From NCBI GenBank assembly GCA_022819805.1, contig JAJEGO010000059.1, positions 11,576-75,575 of the forward strand: a stretch of DNA of 64,000 nt, in the 5' to 3' direction. A program made the translations under genes and the position numbers. Source of the DNA: Candidatus Dadabacteria bacterium (lineage in GTDB: Bacteria; Desulfobacterota_D; UBA1144; Nemesobacterales; Nemesobacteraceae). This document shows, piece after piece, positions 18,624 through 27,532 of this stretch (positions are counted from its first letter, which is position 1; each line of letters begins with the position of its first letter). The notes beneath the pieces were generated by a model. That model was not told the DNA's origin, searched no databases, and worked only from the letters and a program-made list of their open reading frames with translations.

Positions 18624-19751
18624 TTACAACATGATACGGAACGCTTGGCACTTATTGAGCCCAGCCAATTCTTCGGATGAAAAACCCTTTGACTGGAGCA
18701 GAACCTTGAATTTTCTCCCCATGAATTCAGGCATAAAAAGCGTCTTGGCCGCAAGACGATCTCTCTGGTTCTGGGGTTTGTCGTATGTCTTGAAAATTTC
18801 GAGAATTCCCCAGTCAACAAGAAACTGCCCCTGCGTTGTATACTTGGCGGTGGCAAGACCCAAAGTATCCCCGACCCTCATAAGTTCGGAAAAATTAACG
18901 TCAGCTGTTATATCCTGCTCCCCAACTCTCATGTAGGGGTCAGAACTCAGTTCATGGCGATAAAAGCACCTGAAGGTACCTTTTCGTCTTTGGGGGGAAT
19001 AAAGCTCGGGAGCTAGAGAGCCATAGTCAATGCATAGAACAAACCCTTTTTGAAGCGCCGCTCCCACCTCGGCAAGCCATTTTCCCGCCAGTAGACAAGC
19101 TTCCGCCTCTTCGCCTTGGGCGTATCCCTCTAGATATCGTTTTGAAAACTCATAAACCCCCTCGGTTTCAGGATCCCGCAGAACTTCCCCGATTTTCCCG
19201 TCGCGAAGGGAAAGGAAAACCTCCCGAATTTCCCCGCGGTCCGACTTCAGCCTGTGAAAGGGCAGGGAATCGAGAAATTCGTTCGCGATCACGACTCCGC
19301 AGAAGCCATCTTCTGTGGTTTTGAAAGGGCTGTCAGTCCATCTGACTCTTTCTTCGTGCCCTTGGAGTTTTTCCTTGGCCGCCTGGACCGCCGCCGGGCT
19401 TATCTCGCTCATTACGTAATCGGTCTTTAGATAGAGATCGGGGTGATTCTCGCGGAGAGCGCCAAGTATGTCCGAGGCAAGCTGACCCCCGGAGGCTCCG
19501 GATTCCACGACCACGAATTTCTCCTCCCCGAGGAGAAGAGACGCCTCGGCGAGAAACCGCGAGATAGTTTCCCCGAAAGAGCGGTGGACCGAGGGAGCGG
19601 TGTAAAAATCACCCTTTTTCCCGATTCTCGCCTTTCCCGAGGAGTAGTAACCGTGCTGTGGGTGAAAAAGGGAGAGCTCCACGAACCTGCAGAAGGAAAT
19701 CGGTCCGGATTCCCGTATCTCTTCCTTTATAATTTCCAAAAGCGCGCTCAT
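18624..19751 (-). CDS. Class I SAM-dependent methyltransferase of the MidA/NDUFAF7 family (DUF185).
   Basis: The 375-aa product has ELSLFHPQHGYY...FYTAP...VVESGASGGQLASDIL, matching the DUF185/MidA family pattern. Confidence 0.6.
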   Translation of the reverse strand: MSALLEIIKEEIRESGPISFCRFVELSLFHPQHGYYSSGKARIGKKGDFYTAPSVHRSFGETISRFLAEASLLLGEEKFVVVESGASGGQLASDILGALRENHPDLYLKTDYVMSEISPAAVQAAKEKLQGHEERVRWTDSPFKTTEDGFCGVVIANEFLDSLPFHRLKSDRGEIREVFLSLRDGKIGEVLRDPETEGVYEFSKRYLEGYAQGEEAEACLLAGKWLAEVGAALQKGFVLCIDYGSLAPELYSPQRRKGTFRCFYRHELSSDPYMRVGEQDITADVNFSELMRVGDTLGLATAKYTTQGQFLVDWGILEIFKTYDKPQNQRDRLAAKTLFMPEFMGRKFKVLLQSKGFSSEELAGLNKCQAFRIML

Positions 19752-20206
19752 TTTTCCTCCGCTGCAGAAAACAACAACTCGGAGATTAAATTACACAGGT
19801 TTTTTTGGTTTTAAAAACGGGCTGAGATTGTTGCGAACCACCCGAAAAACAAGGGCAAATAAGAGCTTGGATGCGGCTCGAAACGGCGTTTGTACTAGTT
19901 GGTATCATTTCACAGACTAAAAAATGAACCCTTGGCGGGCTGGGAGAAATTACAAAATAATTTCAGGCAGTTACACTCGGTCAAACCATCTAGTGTCAAA
20001 ACATTCCACAATTTATCAACAGTAAAAAATTGTTTGATATCAGGCAATTACGAAAACACGGGGTGCTTTATCAGTCCCCGCCGCGCCACAAGGCGCGGCA
20101 GTCGCCGCCGAGGACAACCGCTTGTATAAATTATAAGCTTAGGGGACAGGGCGGTTTCGCGGGAAAAACACCTGGGAACCGGCGAAATGCTGTATTATCT
20201 GGCGGT

Positions 20207-21037
20207 TTACTTGCCCGAGGATCTTTTGCCGATGCTGGCAAAGGCGTTATGGCTGTGGATGCTTTCGTAGTTAAGAACCCTGAGCTCGTAAGAATCGAAA
20301 CTGGGGTTGCCGTGGAGTTCCGAGGCTATGTTCCTCACAACATCCTCAACGAAGCACGGTTTGTTGTAGGCGCTCATGGTGACGTGGCGCTCGTCTTCCC
20401 TTTTTAAAAGCGGGTAAAGCGGGGAGGACGCCCCTCTTTCCGCGATCTCTATGATTTCCTCAAGGCAGATGTCCACCGGATCGTTTTCCTTCTTTTTTTC
20501 GTGCGCAATGGTTATGAAAACCTTGGAACGCTGGTTGTGAGCCCCATAATCGCTTATCTCCTTGCTGCAGGGACAAAGGGTCTTGACCGGAACCACCACG
20601 CTCTGCGTGAGGCTTATGCCTTCTGAGTGCATTTCGCCCCAGTACGTGCATTTGTAGGGCTGGGGGGATATCTTGCCGCTTACCGGAGCATGGCGATTGA
20701 AAAAGTAATCAAACTCTATTTTAACGTCGGAATTTTCCGAACTCTGCCTGTCACAGAGGGCGGCCAGGAAAGAAGCCATGTTTTGCAGGGAAAAGGATCC
20801 GTTAAAATCAAGAGCCGTTTCAAGCAGGCGGCTCATGTGAATTCCCTTCTGGTCGGGACTCAGATTGACGCTCAGGCTCAAAGACGCCTGAACGCTCTGG
20901 TCCTTCTGCGAATCGATCTCGCAGCCCTTTAGATTAAGCGGAATCTTGAGGTCGCAGACTCCGACTCTGTCTATGGAAATATTCCTGTAATCCTTTCTCG
21001 CCTGTATGTCTTCAATAGGTTTTTCTTCAAATTTCAT
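20207..21037 (-). CDS. folE2: GTP cyclohydrolase FolE2 (type IB; MptA-like).
   Basis: The motifs HMSRL, TLCPCSKEISDYGAHNQRS and ESIHSHNAFA match the conserved FolE2 blocks. The probable start is the internal MKFEEK at 21037, while the six-frame ORF begins at 21124. Confidence 0.8.
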   Translation of the reverse strand: MKFEEKPIEDIQARKDYRNISIDRVGVCDLKIPLNLKGCEIDSQKDQSVQASLSLSVNLSPDQKGIHMSRLLETALDFNGSFSLQNMASFLAALCDRQSSENSDVKIEFDYFFNRHAPVSGKISPQPYKCTYWGEMHSEGISLTQSVVVPVKTLCPCSKEISDYGAHNQRSKVFITIAHEKKKENDPVDICLEEIIEIAERGASSPLYPLLKREDERHVTMSAYNKPCFVEDVVRNIASELHGNPSFDSYELRVLNYESIHSHNAFASIGKRSSGK

Positions 21038-21163
21038 TTTCAAAGCGTTTTTCCTCTTTCTTTGATAGAGTAACTGATGCGAATCAAAGGCGGATTCTTC
21101 TTGAGACGCGGAATGATACCACAAGGAGAGACCTTTGCAACAACCGCAGCGAAGGCGCGGCCT

Positions 21164-21502
21164 TCAGCGAAGTTTGGGATTGTCCGCATGCCGTTTCCCG
21201 TCTCTCCGTGTTTTCTTCTCAAAATTCCTTCTCAAAACCTCCGTAAGATCAACTCCCGTCTGGTTTGCTATGCATGTCAAGACGAAGAAAACATCGGCAA
21301 GCTCATCTCCGAGCTCCCGGCGATCTTCATTTCCCTTGAAGCTCTGCTCCCCGTATGTTCTGGACATGATTCTCGCGACTTCGCCCACTTCCTCGACAAG
21401 CTGCGCGAGATTTGTAAGCTCGGAGAAGTAACGCACCCCCACTTCCCTTATCCACTCGTCAACTTCCCGCTGATACTCCCTTACCGTTATCTCGCCAGAC
21501 AT
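21164..21502 (-). CDS. MazG-like nucleotide pyrophosphohydrolase.
   Basis: The 112-aa product has the EEVGEV ... ELADV pattern of the MazG NTP-PPase EExxE/D motifs. Confidence 0.65.
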   Translation of the reverse strand: MSGEITVREYQREVDEWIREVGVRYFSELTNLAQLVEEVGEVARIMSRTYGEQSFKGNEDRRELGDELADVFFVLTCIANQTGVDLTEVLRRNFEKKTRRDGKRHADNPKLR

Positions 21503-21565
21503 AAAACCGCACTTGTCTCCTTAGCGTCTGCAGCAAACTCGAAATTTTTCTACGCTTCCTTAATT

Positions 21566-22381
21566 CTACCACCCGAATTCCAAAAGAAGCGATTCCCTGA
21601 CAGCCTCGTAACTCCGAGGAGCGAAACGCCTCTCTTCGCCGTCCACCCCGCTTACGTAAACAATACCCGCAACGGCGTTGGTAAGAAAAGCGTAATCGCT
21701 TGAAAGAAGTTCCTCAAGGGGAAAGCCCCCGCACACGGGCTCGTAGCCAAGCCGCTCGGCCGAGCGCAAAACGATTTCCCTGATCACTCCCGGCAAAACG
21801 GGGCACTCAGAAGACGGAGTGAAAAGTTTTTTTCCCTTTACCCAGAAAACGTTATGGCACGAGGTCTCGGCCACCCTGCCGTCTGTATCGAGGAAAAGGA
21901 CCTCGTCAAATCCCCTCTCTAGGGCCTCTCTCTTTGCCAAGACGTTTCCCAGATAGTTAAGGGTCTTGTGCGAGAAAAGGCGGTTCTGCGAGGATCTTCT
22001 CTCCGCGCAGACCCGAAGAGAAACAGCTTCGGGGCTCTCCGCGCGGGCCCTTAGGGACACGAGAAGCGAGGCATCCTGAGGCCGCGAGTGAAAAACCGCG
22101 TCTCCTTCGCCGAGAAGACACACCTTCACATGCAGGTCCTCACCCGCGGCTTTTTCCACGGCGTCTTCGATGCGAAGCCTCACCCGGGATTCTTCGGGAA
22201 ACGGTATGCCGAGAAACTCGGCTCCCCTGCGCATCCTCTCAAGATGCATTGAGAGAAAAACCGGAGGGGACCCCTTCCACCTGAAGGTCTCGAAAACCCC
22301 CTCTCCGTAAAAAAGAGCGCGAAGCGCGGGCGGGTCCTCAAGCCTTTTTCCGTCAAGAAAGAAAAGTTCCTCCATGGCCAA
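21566..22381 (-). CDS. pabC: Aminodeoxychorismate lyase, a class IV aminotransferase-fold protein.
   Basis: The 271-aa product has a class IV aminotransferase-like fold and sits directly downstream of pabB on the same strand. Confidence 0.6.
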   Translation of the reverse strand: MAMEELFFLDGKRLEDPPALRALFYGEGVFETFRWKGSPPVFLSMHLERMRRGAEFLGIPFPEESRVRLRIEDAVEKAAGEDLHVKVCLLGEGDAVFHSRPQDASLLVSLRARAESPEAVSLRVCAERRSSQNRLFSHKTLNYLGNVLAKREALERGFDEVLFLDTDGRVAETSCHNVFWVKGKKLFTPSSECPVLPGVIREIVLRSAERLGYEPVCGGFPLEELLSSDYAFLTNAVAGIVYVSGVDGEERRFAPRSYEAVRESLLLEFGW

Positions 22382-22384
22382 TGA

Positions 22385-23608
22385 TTATAGCATCTGTCGG
22401 GACGCGACCGACGTAAGCGCCTTTGCCTTAAGCTCCGTTTCGCGGTATTCCTCGTCCGCCCTCGAGTCCCACACGATTCCGCCGCCAAACCAGAAATCCG
22501 CGCCGTCGGGGCGGTTCACCCCTGTGCGGATCGCAACGCTCATGGTGAAGTCTCCGCTCGGGGGAAAAAGACAGATCGCCCCGCAGTAAGGGCCTCTCAG
22601 GTGAGGTTCGAGGCTATCTATTATGCGAAGAGCCTCCCTTTTAGGAGCGCCGGTGACGGATCCCGGGGGAAAGGTGCTGGCGATTATCTGGGAGAACCCG
22701 ACGCCGGGGCGCAGGCGCCCCTCGATTTCAGATTCCATCTGGAAAAGTGTGCTGTAGCGCCTGACGGCGAAGAGCTTCCTCACGTCTATCGAGCCGTATC
22801 CGCATATTCTCCCGAGATCGTTTCTCATGAGATCGACTATCATGAGGTTCTCGGCGCGCTCCTTGGGGTTTTTCCCGAGCGCCTCGGCAAGTTTCCTGTC
22901 GCGGCGGGGATCCGGATCCCTCCGGGCGGTTCCCTTTATGGGCTTCGTGGTGATCCTGTCGCCCCTTCTCCTAAGGAAAAGCTCCATCGAGCCGCTTACG
23001 AGCTCAAAACCCGGAAAACCGATAAGAGCGGCAAAGGGAACGGGCTGGGCGCGGTAAAAATCCGCAAACCACGGAAGCGGCTCGCCCAGAGAATCGAATC
23101 GGAACTTGCGAGAGAGGTTCACCTGGTAAACGTCGCCGGCGGCTATATGCTCCTTTATCGCCGAAATTTTCAGGGCATACTCCTCCTCTCCGATGTTCGA
23201 GCGGGGGAGGCCCCCAGAACAGGTCTTCTCCGAGGGGACGGAGGCCAGAGCCTCCTCGCAGGGAACGACGCAAAAACCGTCTTTTTCGTAAAAGTTAAAA
23301 AACAGGAAAGGAAGCCTCTCCCCTTCCTTGGCATCCGAGGCCGCAACCCCGGGAGTCGTGTAGCTGAGGTAGTCGTAGCTTATGTAGCCAAGCGCGGTGT
23401 ATCCCTCGGCGGCAAGCTTCTCAACGCAAGAGAGAGGATCCTCTGTGAAAGTCTTCTCCCCCAAATCGGAAAATACCCTGGTTCCGTCACCCGAGAAGCA
23501 GAGAGTGAGAGCGGGGTCGCCGAAAACTCCGGCAGTGGGAGCAGAATCCGAATCGAACCATCCTCCGCCCGAGTCTATCAAAAGGGACCTTGGTCTATCA
23601 AGCTTCAT
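22385..23608 (-). CDS. pabB: Aminodeoxychorismate synthase component I, of the anthranilate synthase component I family.
   Basis: The 407-aa product has the chorismate-binding domain motifs ENLMIVDLMRNDLGR, TLFQMES, PPGSVTGAPK and GPYCGAI. It is adjacent to pabC. Confidence 0.75.
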   Translation of the reverse strand: MKLDRPRSLLIDSGGGWFDSDSAPTAGVFGDPALTLCFSGDGTRVFSDLGEKTFTEDPLSCVEKLAAEGYTALGYISYDYLSYTTPGVAASDAKEGERLPFLFFNFYEKDGFCVVPCEEALASVPSEKTCSGGLPRSNIGEEEYALKISAIKEHIAAGDVYQVNLSRKFRFDSLGEPLPWFADFYRAQPVPFAALIGFPGFELVSGSMELFLRRRGDRITTKPIKGTARRDPDPRRDRKLAEALGKNPKERAENLMIVDLMRNDLGRICGYGSIDVRKLFAVRRYSTLFQMESEIEGRLRPGVGFSQIIASTFPPGSVTGAPKREALRIIDSLEPHLRGPYCGAICLFPPSGDFTMSVAIRTGVNRPDGADFWFGGGIVWDSRADEEYRETELKAKALTSVASRQML

Positions 23609-23658
23609 CGGTTCATCCTTCTGAGACTCAAAGCCCGGCCGGGCGCGCGGGAATCCGT

Positions 23659-25659
23659 TTACGACGGGGGAGGAGCATCCGCTTTAACCGAGCGGTTAAG
23701 GATCTCGGCTATGTCCTGTATGCCGATATCCTCCTCCTTTCCCTTGAACCGCGCGGCGTCGTCAAACATCGTGTTGCAGAAGTAACACGCCGTCGCCAGG
23801 GTGTCGGGGTTTGTCTCCGCGGCTTCGTCAAAGCGGTTCCAGTTAACCCTGGGAGCTTCTTCCTCCATCCATATCTTTCCGCCTCCGGCTCCGCAGCAGA
23901 AACTCTTGGTCCTGTTTCTTTTCATCTCCACCAGATCGATTCCGGGAATGCTCTTAAGTATCTCCCTGGGGGAGTCGTAGACGTTGTTGTAGCGGCCGAT
24001 GTAGCAGGAATCGTGGTAGGTTATCTTCTCGTCGATCGGGGCGTCGGGATTGAGTTTTCCCTCCTGGATTAGCTGCAGCAGGAAATCAGTGTGGTGAACG
24101 ACCTCGTAGTGCCCGCCGAACTCGGGATACTCGTTCTTTATCGTGTTGAAGCAGTGGGGGCAGTTAGCGAGAATCTTCTTTACCTTAAGCTCGTTCATGG
24201 TCTCTATGTTCTGTACGGCGAGCATCTGGTAGAGGGCCTCCTCTCCGAGCCTCCTCGCGGGATCCCCCGTGCAGGTTTCCCCGGGGCCCATTACCGCGAA
24301 GTTAACCCCCGCGATTTTAAGCAGGGTCACCAGGGCCTTTGAGACCTCCTGGCCCCTTGGGTCGTAGCCTCCGAAACATCCGGTCCAGTAAATCACGTCG
24401 AATTCGCTTGCGTTCTCGGCCGAGACGCCCAGGATCGGAACTTCCATGTCCGAGAGCCAGGAGCCGCGGTCGGCCTCCGGAAATCCCCAGGGGTTTCCGT
24501 TGTTCTGAAGCTTCTGGAGCGTTCTCGTGGCGGTTCCGCTCAGCCGGCCCTCAAGCGTCAGGAACCTCCTCATGTCCATTATCTTGCCCATCTGGTCTAT
24601 GAAAAGCGGGCACTGCTCAACGCAGGCGTTGCACGTGGTGCACGCCCAGAGCTCATCGGGAGTCACCCACTCGGGGTCGGGAAGGTCGGGCTGCTCTTCC
24701 TGGGGCTTTCCGGCGAGTATGTCCTTCCCCTCGCTTGAGACGTAATGGCGAAGCTTGACGACGACGTCCCTAGGGGAGAGAACCTTCTCGGTGTTCCATG
24801 CCGGGCAGTTGTCGGTGCACCTCCCGCACTCGGTGCAGGTGTAGGCGTCGAGTATGTCCTTCCAGCTGAAATCGGCTATCTTCGAGGAGCCGAAGTGGTC
24901 AAGGTCCTCGGGAATCTCCTCGAAATCAAGCTTCGAGAGCTGCCCGCGGGGCTTTAAGCTCTGGAAGAAAACGTTAAAAACCGCGGTAAGAACGTGGCTG
25001 TGCTTGGAATAGGGAAGGTAATTCAGAAATGAAAGCACTATCAGGATGTGGAACCACCAGAAAAACTCCTTCCAGAAAAAGGTGCTCCCCGCGCCCATGC
25101 CTTCGTAGAGCCCGGAGAACGCTCCGGACACAGGCAGCATGGCGGGGCTTGCCTCGGCAAGCGCTATTTTTGCTCCCGTGGTGAGAAAGGCCGTGATCAT
25201 GAGGCCGAATATAAGACCCAGTATCACGACCGCGTCGGGTCCGTTAACCTCCCTTCTCCTGCCTATGGTAAGCCTGTTTATTATGCCCATGGCTATGGCC
25301 ACCAGAACCAGGGCCTGCACCACGTCGAGGATCAGTTCGTAGATTCCTCCCAGTGTTCCCGGGAAAAAGTGAAATCCGGGGACAACGCCGCTTACGAGCA
25401 TCTCCACAGTCCCAACCGTTATTATGACGAAGCCCCAGAAAATCATGGCGTGCTCTATGCCGGCGAAACGGTACTTGAAAAGCCTTCTCTGCCCGAACAC
25501 ATAGATGATGACTTTCCTTATCCTCTCGGGAATGTTGTCAAGCCTGTTGTCTTCCTTTTTGCCGAGAGTGACGAGTCTTATGAGCAGGCGGATGTTGTAG
25601 GCGAAAAAACCGAAGGCTGCTATAAGCACCAGAAGCATTATCACGGATTTGGGATTCAT
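23659..25659 (-). CDS. Membrane-anchored Fe-S oxidoreductase of the HdrDE/DsrMK-like fusion type. It has a NarI-like transmembrane N-terminus, two 4Fe-4S clusters and two CCG domains.
   Basis: The 666-aa product has N-terminal transmembrane helices, the ferredoxin motifs CTECGRCTDNCP and CTTCNACVEQCP, and CCG-domain motifs (CCGAGGG, and CFGGYD...C). Confidence 0.6.
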   Translation of the reverse strand: MNPKSVIMLLVLIAAFGFFAYNIRLLIRLVTLGKKEDNRLDNIPERIRKVIIYVFGQRRLFKYRFAGIEHAMIFWGFVIITVGTVEMLVSGVVPGFHFFPGTLGGIYELILDVVQALVLVAIAMGIINRLTIGRRREVNGPDAVVILGLIFGLMITAFLTTGAKIALAEASPAMLPVSGAFSGLYEGMGAGSTFFWKEFFWWFHILIVLSFLNYLPYSKHSHVLTAVFNVFFQSLKPRGQLSKLDFEEIPEDLDHFGSSKIADFSWKDILDAYTCTECGRCTDNCPAWNTEKVLSPRDVVVKLRHYVSSEGKDILAGKPQEEQPDLPDPEWVTPDELWACTTCNACVEQCPLFIDQMGKIMDMRRFLTLEGRLSGTATRTLQKLQNNGNPWGFPEADRGSWLSDMEVPILGVSAENASEFDVIYWTGCFGGYDPRGQEVSKALVTLLKIAGVNFAVMGPGETCTGDPARRLGEEALYQMLAVQNIETMNELKVKKILANCPHCFNTIKNEYPEFGGHYEVVHHTDFLLQLIQEGKLNPDAPIDEKITYHDSCYIGRYNNVYDSPREILKSIPGIDLVEMKRNRTKSFCCGAGGGKIWMEEEAPRVNWNRFDEAAETNPDTLATACYFCNTMFDDAARFKGKEEDIGIQDIAEILNRSVKADAPPPS

Positions 25660-25848
25660 ACTGGTTTCTCCGAAGCAAGACTATGGAAAAAAGCAGTATG
25701 AATTATATTGAATCCATAGGGTTTAATCAAGCTGGGAGGGGGGCGCCGGCTTCCTCTTTCATGGTGCCGAAAAGGCGGCACCCGAATCCGTTCGGCAAAA
25801 AACAGGCTCCCTGTTTGGCTGCCCGAGATGTGCTCTCCCGGGCTAAGT

Positions 25849-27249
25849 TTAACCTCTCCGGCCCCTCTCCTTCCGGCACGTCCGCAGGTCCCAGGTCAGA
25901 AGCTTCGCGCCCGGGCGCCTTCCCCGCGAGATCACAAGAAACAGAAGCGCAGAAATCAAAAAGAGGTTAAACGCCACGGCCCCAGCCCCGTTGCGGCTCC
26001 CGGGAGCAATCGAGCATCCCCCGCCTCCGCCCCCTCCTTGGGGCCTCGGATAAATGCCGGAACCGACAACGTAATACGTATCCCCGGCACCGAAGTTTGT
26101 CCGTATGAAGTACCCGCGCTTAACCGAGGTGCCGGTGGAGCGGCCGGGAATGGGGTTCCCCGCCTCGCAAAACACCTCTTTATCCTCCGAGGTTGGGCCG
26201 GAAACAGGTCTTGCCTCCTCACAGACCACCTCATCACCCCTTCTGGTCGGATCGTCCCAGAGGTAAGTTAGAAAACCCCGGTCCGGGGTATCGTCCCGCT
26301 CGCGCACCTCTTCTAAAATGCGCTCGGCAATCTCAACTCCGTTGTCGTCCCTTAGGCGCAGCGTCCTGTCCTGAAGCTGCGGAGTGTTTCCGTTAAAAAT
26401 CCCGAACATCTTGTCCGTGTCGGTAACTATGTAGAAATATATGGAGCCCGACTCCCAGGGCCACTCCCTCCAGCACGGCATAAGCTGAACCATTCTCAGC
26501 ACCGAAATCTCCTCTCGCGCGCCATTTCCTGACTGCCCGGGAGCATTCCCGATCTCCTCAGAAACATGCTCTACAACCCCTTCCAGATAACGCACCAGGC
26601 TCTCCTCGTCACCCACCATGTCGGCGCTCAGCCACCCCCTGTCGCGAAGCTCATCGGAAGTGAACTCGGGACACGCCTCTTTTGCCCTGGAAAGATCCGC
26701 TTCACCCCGTTCGTGATCGAAGCCTACAATCTGTATAAAGGAATTCCGGGCTCCCGATTCGGTCACTTCGTAATCTTCAGCGGCGCAGATATGGCGGCCT
26801 TGTTTCCCGGTCCTGTCGTCTGGAACGCAGGCCGCTTCCCCGTTTGCCCGCTCCACAACCGTCATAAGTCGCTCAAAAACCGGAATATCCCTCAAAGATC
26901 CGCTCACGGCACTAGGATATTTCGCATGAAAAAACATGGTATCACCCGGTTCAGTGGCAAGACCGGTTCCCTCGCCGCGTTTGTTGACGGTAATTACGTA
27001 CGTGTCGTTATGCCTCCATTTGTTATTGGTTCTCAAGGCGTTTCGGAATTCTATTTGACTGTCTAGACTGGCGTCCATCCTGACCAGCTCACGGTGCTCC
27101 GCGAGGTGCAGCAAAAAATTCCTCATATTGTCCATGTCTCCCTCACTCGCAACTCCGGCGGTTACGCCATGGCTCGCAAAAGCGGGCGGTGTAGCGGAAA
27201 AAACGACTATACAGAAGAAAAACAAAACGGCGACCGCGACTTTTTTCAT
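25849..27249 (-). CDS. Secreted protein of unknown function with a signal peptide. It has Cache-like tandem domains (uncertain) and a C-terminal Gly7-Cys/TM/Arg-rich sorting-signal-like tail.
   Basis: The N-terminal signal peptide is MKKVAVAVLFFFCIVVFSATPPAFA. The C-terminus reads GGGGGGGCSIAPGS...AVAFNLFLISALLFLVISRGRR. Confidence 0.45.
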   Translation of the reverse strand: MKKVAVAVLFFFCIVVFSATPPAFASHGVTAGVASEGDMDNMRNFLLHLAEHRELVRMDASLDSQIEFRNALRTNNKWRHNDTYVITVNKRGEGTGLATEPGDTMFFHAKYPSAVSGSLRDIPVFERLMTVVERANGEAACVPDDRTGKQGRHICAAEDYEVTESGARNSFIQIVGFDHERGEADLSRAKEACPEFTSDELRDRGWLSADMVGDEESLVRYLEGVVEHVSEEIGNAPGQSGNGAREEISVLRMVQLMPCWREWPWESGSIYFYIVTDTDKMFGIFNGNTPQLQDRTLRLRDDNGVEIAERILEEVRERDDTPDRGFLTYLWDDPTRRGDEVVCEEARPVSGPTSEDKEVFCEAGNPIPGRSTGTSVKRGYFIRTNFGAGDTYYVVGSGIYPRPQGGGGGGGCSIAPGSRNGAGAVAFNLFLISALLFLVISRGRRPGAKLLTWDLRTCRKERGRRG

Positions 27250-27532
27250 GATTTAAAATCCCTCTCTTTTTGCCAGTTAAGTCACAAGTTTCGATTAACT
27301 GCAGATTTCAGTTCCTTGCCGATTGATAATACCTAGTTGGTATTGAAAACGGAATTAAGATAAAATAATTTCGGATTCTTGCTTGATTCGATCCGTGAAT
27401 ACTGGGGTTCTATAAAGCTCGCCGGTTTCACGGGGGGTTTAGGGAAACGGGCGTCTGTACAGAAGTTCGGGAACCTGGAAACGCCGCTACAGGTGTTCTG
27501 GAAGCCCAAGCGATAAAAAGGAGCAGCAAAGA

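Noticed and set aside
20071-20112. Hairpin GCCGCGCC-ACAA-GGCGCGGC downstream of folE2, as a possible terminator.
   Set aside because: The stem is a perfect 8 bp, but on the transcribed minus strand it is not followed by a U-tract, and it lies ~95 nt past the stop. It is kept only as a weak possibility.
22601-23785. 394-aa plus-strand ORF opposite pabB.
   Set aside because: pabB on the minus strand has unambiguous chorismate-binding motifs. The plus-strand frame is low-complexity (Arg/Gly/Ala-rich) and has no family signature.
27250-27532. Possible cobalamin or TPP riboswitch upstream of the TonB-dependent receptor.
   Set aside because: I could not find the B12 box or the TPP CUGAGA/ACCUGAUCUGGAUAAUGCCAGCG cores. 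Only a loose AGGGAA resemblance is present. It is left for cmscan.
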